Shown here piece by piece: positions 60,008 through 64,000 of a DNA stretch of 64,000 bases (position 1 is its first letter; each line of letters begins with the position of its first letter). Source of the stretch: Alphaproteobacteria bacterium (GTDB lineage Bacteria; Pseudomonadota; Alphaproteobacteria; CAAHEQ01; UBA3637); the NCBI GenBank assembly GCA_045631185.1, contig JAZQUH010000039.1:9522-73521 (forward strand). Direction: 5' to 3'. The translations under genes and the position numbers were made by a program. Under the pieces are notes generated by a model. That model was not told the DNA's origin. It did no database searches and saw nothing but the letters and a program-made list of their open reading frames with translations.

Positions 60008-61090
60008 TTAAATTTCACCGATATAAATACCTAAATTTTTGGCCACATGCACCAATTCTTCATTGGGATCAACGGGTGTATTACCGATGGATAAAACTTC
60101 TTCCAAAGATAAATCCGTCACATGTCCGTTTTGATGCACGACCACACGGTCTGTTTTGCCTTGGGCCAATAATTCAACAGCATGAACACCAAAGCTGGAA
60201 GCCAATACACGATCCGAAGCGCACGGCGTGCCGGAACGTTGAATGTGTCCCAAAATGTTGCCACGCACATTAAATCCGTCTTCGCTTAAACGTTTGACAA
60301 AATAGGTGGAAATCCCGCCAAAAGTATAACCGTTTACGGCACGAAACACCTCACCTTCGGGTGTTTTAACACCTTCGGCCACCACCATTAAAGCGTGGTT
60401 GCGTCCTTCGGCTTTAACGGCATTTAATTTTTTCAAAATACCTTCATAAGTATAAGGAATTTCGGGGATTAAAGCGATATCGGCAAAACCGGCAATAGCG
60501 GATTGTAAGGCCAAATGACCAGCGCCACGGCCCATTACCTCGGCAATCATCACACGTTTATGGCTGGCGGCTGTTGTATCCAATTTATCCAAAGCTTCCA
60601 TTACAACCTGGCGGGCGGTTTGAAAACCGATGGCTAAATCTGTGCCTGGGGCATCATTATCCATTGTTTTGGGAATGCCCACCATTTTAACACCGGCTTT
60701 TTGGCAATACTTGCTGACAATGCTCATGGAACCATCGCCACCGATAACCACCAAAGCTTCCAAACCTAATTCCTGAATGCCTTCTTTAAAACGGGCAACG
60801 ATTTGTTCATCATCCAAAACTTCAATACTGCCGTCTTGTTTTAAAAATTTATGGGCATCCGCCTGATTGGTAGTGCCCAACATTGTTCCGCCCAAAGTCG
60901 CAAAAGGAAATTCAAAATCCTTCATGCTCATTTTATGATAAGAAAGCGGGCGTAAAATTAAACCGTTTGTGGCGTCATGAATGCCAAAAACTTCCCAACC
61001 GCGTTCAATGGCACTGAATACCACGGCACGGATAGCGGCATTTAATCCGGAACAATCACCACCACTTGTCAATAATCCAATTCGTTTCAT
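60008..61090 (-). CDS. pfkA: 6-phosphofructokinase
   Basis: TSGGDC, GGDGS, PKTMDND, EVMGR, LGHIQR. Confidence 0.95.
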   Translation of the reverse strand: MKRIGLLTSGGDCSGLNAAIRAVVFSAIERGWEVFGIHDATNGLILRPLSYHKMSMKDFEFPFATLGGTMLGTTNQADAHKFLKQDGSIEVLDDEQIVARFKEGIQELGLEALVVIGGDGSMSIVSKYCQKAGVKMVGIPKTMDNDAPGTDLAIGFQTARQVVMEALDKLDTTAASHKRVMIAEVMGRGAGHLALQSAIAGFADIALIPEIPYTYEGILKKLNAVKAEGRNHALMVVAEGVKTPEGEVFRAVNGYTFGGISTYFVKRLSEDGFNVRGNILGHIQRSGTPCASDRVLASSFGVHAVELLAQGKTDRVVVHQNGHVTDLSLEEVLSIGNTPVDPNEELVHVAKNLGIYIGEI

Positions 61091-61168
61091 TATTTAAATC
61101 CTTTTTTTTGTTTTTTAAAGTGTGCTATTTATAGCCTTTTTTACTTTTTTTTACAAGTTATTTTTGAT

Positions 61169-61897
61169 TTACAGGGAAAAATTCTTACCCAAATAAGTCT
61201 TTCGTACTGTTTCATCGGCAATAATTTCATCGGGTGTTCCGCATTTTAACACAACACCATCATGTAAAATATAGGCCCGATCCACAATCCCCAACGTTTC
61301 GCGTACATTGTGATCTGTAATCAAAACACCGATACCCCTGTTTTTCAATTGGCCGACCAATTGTTGGATATCGCTGACGGCAATCGGGTCAATACCGGCC
61401 AAAGGTTCATCCAATAAAATAAATGTTGGCTTTCCGGCCAAGGCCCGTGCAATTTCCAAACGTCGTCTTTCGCCACCGGATAAAGCTCTGGCGGGTGAAA
61501 AACGTAAATGTTCAATGGAAAATTCTTTTAACAGATTGTCCAATTCCTGTTCCACCTTATCTTTGTTTTTTTCGTTTAATTGTAAAACAGAACGGATGTT
61601 ATCGGCCACATTCAAGCCACGAAAAATAGATGCTTCCTGTGGTAAATAACCGATACCTAATCTGGCCCGGCGATAAACAGGGAATTTAGTGATATCCAAA
61701 CCGTTTAAAGTAATAGAGCCTTTGTTGGGACTGATAAGACCGGTTACGCAATAAAAACTGGTTGTTTTACCGGCACCGTTTGGTCCTAACAATCCAACCG
61801 CTTCACCGGTTTTGACCGATAAAGAAACATCTTTTAAAACCAATCTTTTTTTATAACTTTTGCTTAAATTTTTGACGACTAATTCGGATTGTTGCAT
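61169..61897 (-). CDS. lptB: LPS export ABC ATPase
   Basis: GPNGAGKTT, YLPQEASIF, ITDHNVRE. Confidence 0.97.
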   Translation of the reverse strand: MQQSELVVKNLSKSYKKRLVLKDVSLSVKTGEAVGLLGPNGAGKTTSFYCVTGLISPNKGSITLNGLDITKFPVYRRARLGIGYLPQEASIFRGLNVADNIRSVLQLNEKNKDKVEQELDNLLKEFSIEHLRFSPARALSGGERRRLEIARALAGKPTFILLDEPLAGIDPIAVSDIQQLVGQLKNRGIGVLITDHNVRETLGIVDRAYILHDGVVLKCGTPDEIIADETVRKTYLGKNFSL

Positions 61898-61899
61898 TA

Positions 61900-62901
61900 T
61901 TATTCTCCTTTAATATCGTTGGGCATTAATTGGCCGGTAATACGTTTAGGGCTGATCAATTCGCTTTTGCCTGTGGCCATATTGACAACGGCTTTTTCGC
62001 CTTTCATTTTATGTGTTCCTTGTGCCACCACAACATTGCCTGTTATTTCGGCAATTTGTGTTTTGGGGGTATAAACGGCTTTTTCGCCTGTTACACTTTG
62101 TTGTTTGTTGTCAATTTTAACATTTCCAAAGGCTTCAATTTTTTGAACACGGTTGTTTTTATCATTTGTATAGTGCAGAACGGCTTTATCGGCCATTAAA
62201 GTATTTTGTTCTTGGGATACTTTAACTTCATCCATGGCAGTCATAGTACGTTCTTTTTGGTCAATTTGAATGCCGTTTTTGGCGGTAACTGTCATGGTTT
62301 CATTTTTGTTTTTGACAACGGCCGTTGTTTTTTTCTTAAACAAAATCAAATTGCCTTTATCGGCCATCCATATGCCTTGGGCGTTTAATTTACCGGCCGG
62401 TCCGGAAATGCTGACAGGGCTGTTGCTGTCAGCGGATCCTTGTGTATAATCACATAAAACCTGACTGGTATAACCGGTATAGCCAGAATCCGTTTTGATA
62501 TTGATACGATCTTCAAAAAAGACAGTTTCTTTTTCCTGGTCAATCAAGGCATAGGGGGCGTTCAGGCTCATTGTATCGCCTGAATCCATTTGATAGGTAC
62601 CCGTGGGTTTTTCCATACGCATTTTACCCGATTGATTGTCGGCCTGTTTTACAGCCGGTGTTTGCAAAGTCATCGGCATTTTTTTATTGTTTAGCCCAAA
62701 AAAGCGTAAGTTTTCCATTTCCATTTGCGTTTGTTTTTTGCTGGACGGAACAGCCAAAGAAAAACGATCGTTGTTTTGGCTGAATTGGGGCCATATGATG
62801 ATCAATGCAACAATTAAAAAAGCAAAGACAGGCAAGGTTCGCTTGGTAATCACTACCCGACGTGAATGTTTTTTAATCTGCATCAATCGTTTGGTCAACA
62901 T
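61900..62901 (-). CDS. LptC-LptA fusion protein
   Basis: N-terminal TM and LptC-like beta-jellyroll, then an LptA-like domain (IEAFGNV..GEKAVY..ITGNV..G..AVVNM); lies between kdsD and lptB. Confidence 0.82.
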   Translation of the reverse strand: MLTKRLMQIKKHSRRVVITKRTLPVFAFLIVALIIIWPQFSQNNDRFSLAVPSSKKQTQMEMENLRFFGLNNKKMPMTLQTPAVKQADNQSGKMRMEKPTGTYQMDSGDTMSLNAPYALIDQEKETVFFEDRINIKTDSGYTGYTSQVLCDYTQGSADSNSPVSISGPAGKLNAQGIWMADKGNLILFKKKTTAVVKNKNETMTVTAKNGIQIDQKERTMTAMDEVKVSQEQNTLMADKAVLHYTNDKNNRVQKIEAFGNVKIDNKQQSVTGEKAVYTPKTQIAEITGNVVVAQGTHKMKGEKAVVNMATGKSELISPKRITGQLMPNDIKGE

Positions 62902-63872
62902 TAAACAACTCCTGCCTTTAACAAATGGTGCATATGGATTAAGCCGATAGGATGATTTTGATTATCCACCACAAAAATATTGGTGATTTTCTTTTCATTC
63001 ATCAAGGCCACAGCCTCACTGCCCAAAATGTCATCTGAAATAGTGATAGGATTGGCGTGCATTACTTGTTGCACGGGCTTGGCGGGTAAATCGGCACTCA
63101 TATGACGCCTTAAATCGCCATCGGTAATCATGCCCAACAACACATTGTCCTGATTGACAATACCCACACAACCCAAAGTTTTCTTTGTCATTTCCAATAA
63201 AGCTTCGGCCATGGTTACCGTATCATTTACCAAAGGCAATTCATTGTTTTTGGCCATCAAGTCTTTGACTTTTACCAAGACATTGCCCAATTTTCCGCCC
63301 GGATGACGGTCGTGGTACAATTCTTTTGTAAAGCCACGCATATTCATCAATGCCACCGTCAAAGTATCGCCCATGGCCAAGGTTTCAATCATACTGGTTG
63401 TTGGGGCCATGTTAAAGGGGCATGCTTCCGGTGCTTCTTTTTTATTGGGAATCTGTAAAATATAGTCGGCCGCTTTGCCCAAGGTGCTTTCGGGTGCGCT
63501 GGTAACCGCCACCAAAGGCACGCCAAAGCGTTTGCAATAATTGATAAAGTCAAATAATTCTTTGCTTTCGCCCGAATTGGAAAGGGCTAAAACCAAATCT
63601 TTGTTGGTGACCATACCCAAATCGCCATGGCTGGCTTCCCCGGGATGCACAAAAAAGGCGGGGGTTCCCGTGCTGGCCAATGAAGCGGCAATTTTTTTGC
63701 CGATATGGCCGGGTTTTCCCATGCCCGTTACAATGACACGACCTTGTAAATTTAAAATGATTTCGGCGACTTTTGCAAAAGTTTCATCCACGCGTTCAAT
63801 CATCAATTCCAACGCATTTTTTTCCAAAGTCAAAGTTCTTTTGGCGGATTCAATAATTTCTTGAGTATTCAT
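62901..63872 (-). CDS. kdsD: Arabinose-5-phosphate isomerase (SIS + CBS)
   Basis: GMGKPGH, EASHGDLG, HPGGKLG, TDGDLRR. Confidence 0.96.
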   Translation of the reverse strand: MNTQEIIESAKRTLTLEKNALELMIERVDETFAKVAEIILNLQGRVIVTGMGKPGHIGKKIAASLASTGTPAFFVHPGEASHGDLGMVTNKDLVLALSNSGESKELFDFINYCKRFGVPLVAVTSAPESTLGKAADYILQIPNKKEAPEACPFNMAPTTSMIETLAMGDTLTVALMNMRGFTKELYHDRHPGGKLGNVLVKVKDLMAKNNELPLVNDTVTMAEALLEMTKKTLGCVGIVNQDNVLLGMITDGDLRRHMSADLPAKPVQQVMHANPITISDDILGSEAVALMNEKKITNIFVVDNQNHPIGLIHMHHLLKAGVV

Positions 63873-63884
63873 ACTTCCTCCTGT

Positions 63885-64000
63885 TTAATGATGGGAAAAC
63901 AAATCAGGTTCTTCATAACCCAAAATATCCAATTCGGCCCGTGCATTTAAAAACTTAAAGCAATCCAAAGCCAAATTCAAACGTTTTTGTTTTTTTAATT
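63885..64000 (-). CDS. rnd: Ribonuclease D, C-terminal fragment
   Basis: My translation ...LALDCFKFLNARAELDILGYEEPDLFSHH*, matching alphaproteobacterial RNase D termini; usual position upstream of kdsD. Confidence 0.75.
   Translation of the reverse strand, partial: LKKQKRLNLALDCFKFLNARAELDILGYEEPDLFSHH

Overview
AT-rich, densely packed chromosomal window from an alphaproteobacterium. The gene set and style suggest a reduced, host- or gut-associated lineage (inference). Most of it is housekeeping: infC, rnhA, ptsN/hpf, hemW-lpoA-rsmI-yraN, thrS, phoB, rpe, fba, tkt, comEC, recX, an Mla/Pqi transporter, leuS, pepN, murD, dusA, queA, pfkA, lptB/lptCA/kdsD and four tRNAs. Orphan genes are scattered among these. 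The strongest unusual signals are: (1) a complete trp-style ribosome-mediated attenuator at 17475-17651, whose leader peptide alternates Phe/Tyr/Trp and which controls an unknown 550-aa protein plus a VanX/DdpX-type peptidase instead of an aromatic biosynthesis operon; (2) a 455-aa protein with two RNxxAH (HEPN-type) motifs, divergent from a P-loop kinase-CYTH fusion and close to tRNA-Ser; (3) a VirD4 coupling protein co-transcribed with an HNH-like protein and a SUKH/SMI1-type immunity protein, plus several orphans with basic C-terminal tails; (4) a 2115-aa autotransporter with a eukaryote-like CxxC cysteine-rich repeat region; (5) recurring hairpins that overlap both a promoter and the ribosome-binding site; (6) YraN-BON and LptC-LptA fusions. 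No CRISPR array, rRNA, transposase or integrase was seen. All family assignments come from motif recognition by eye, not from database searches.
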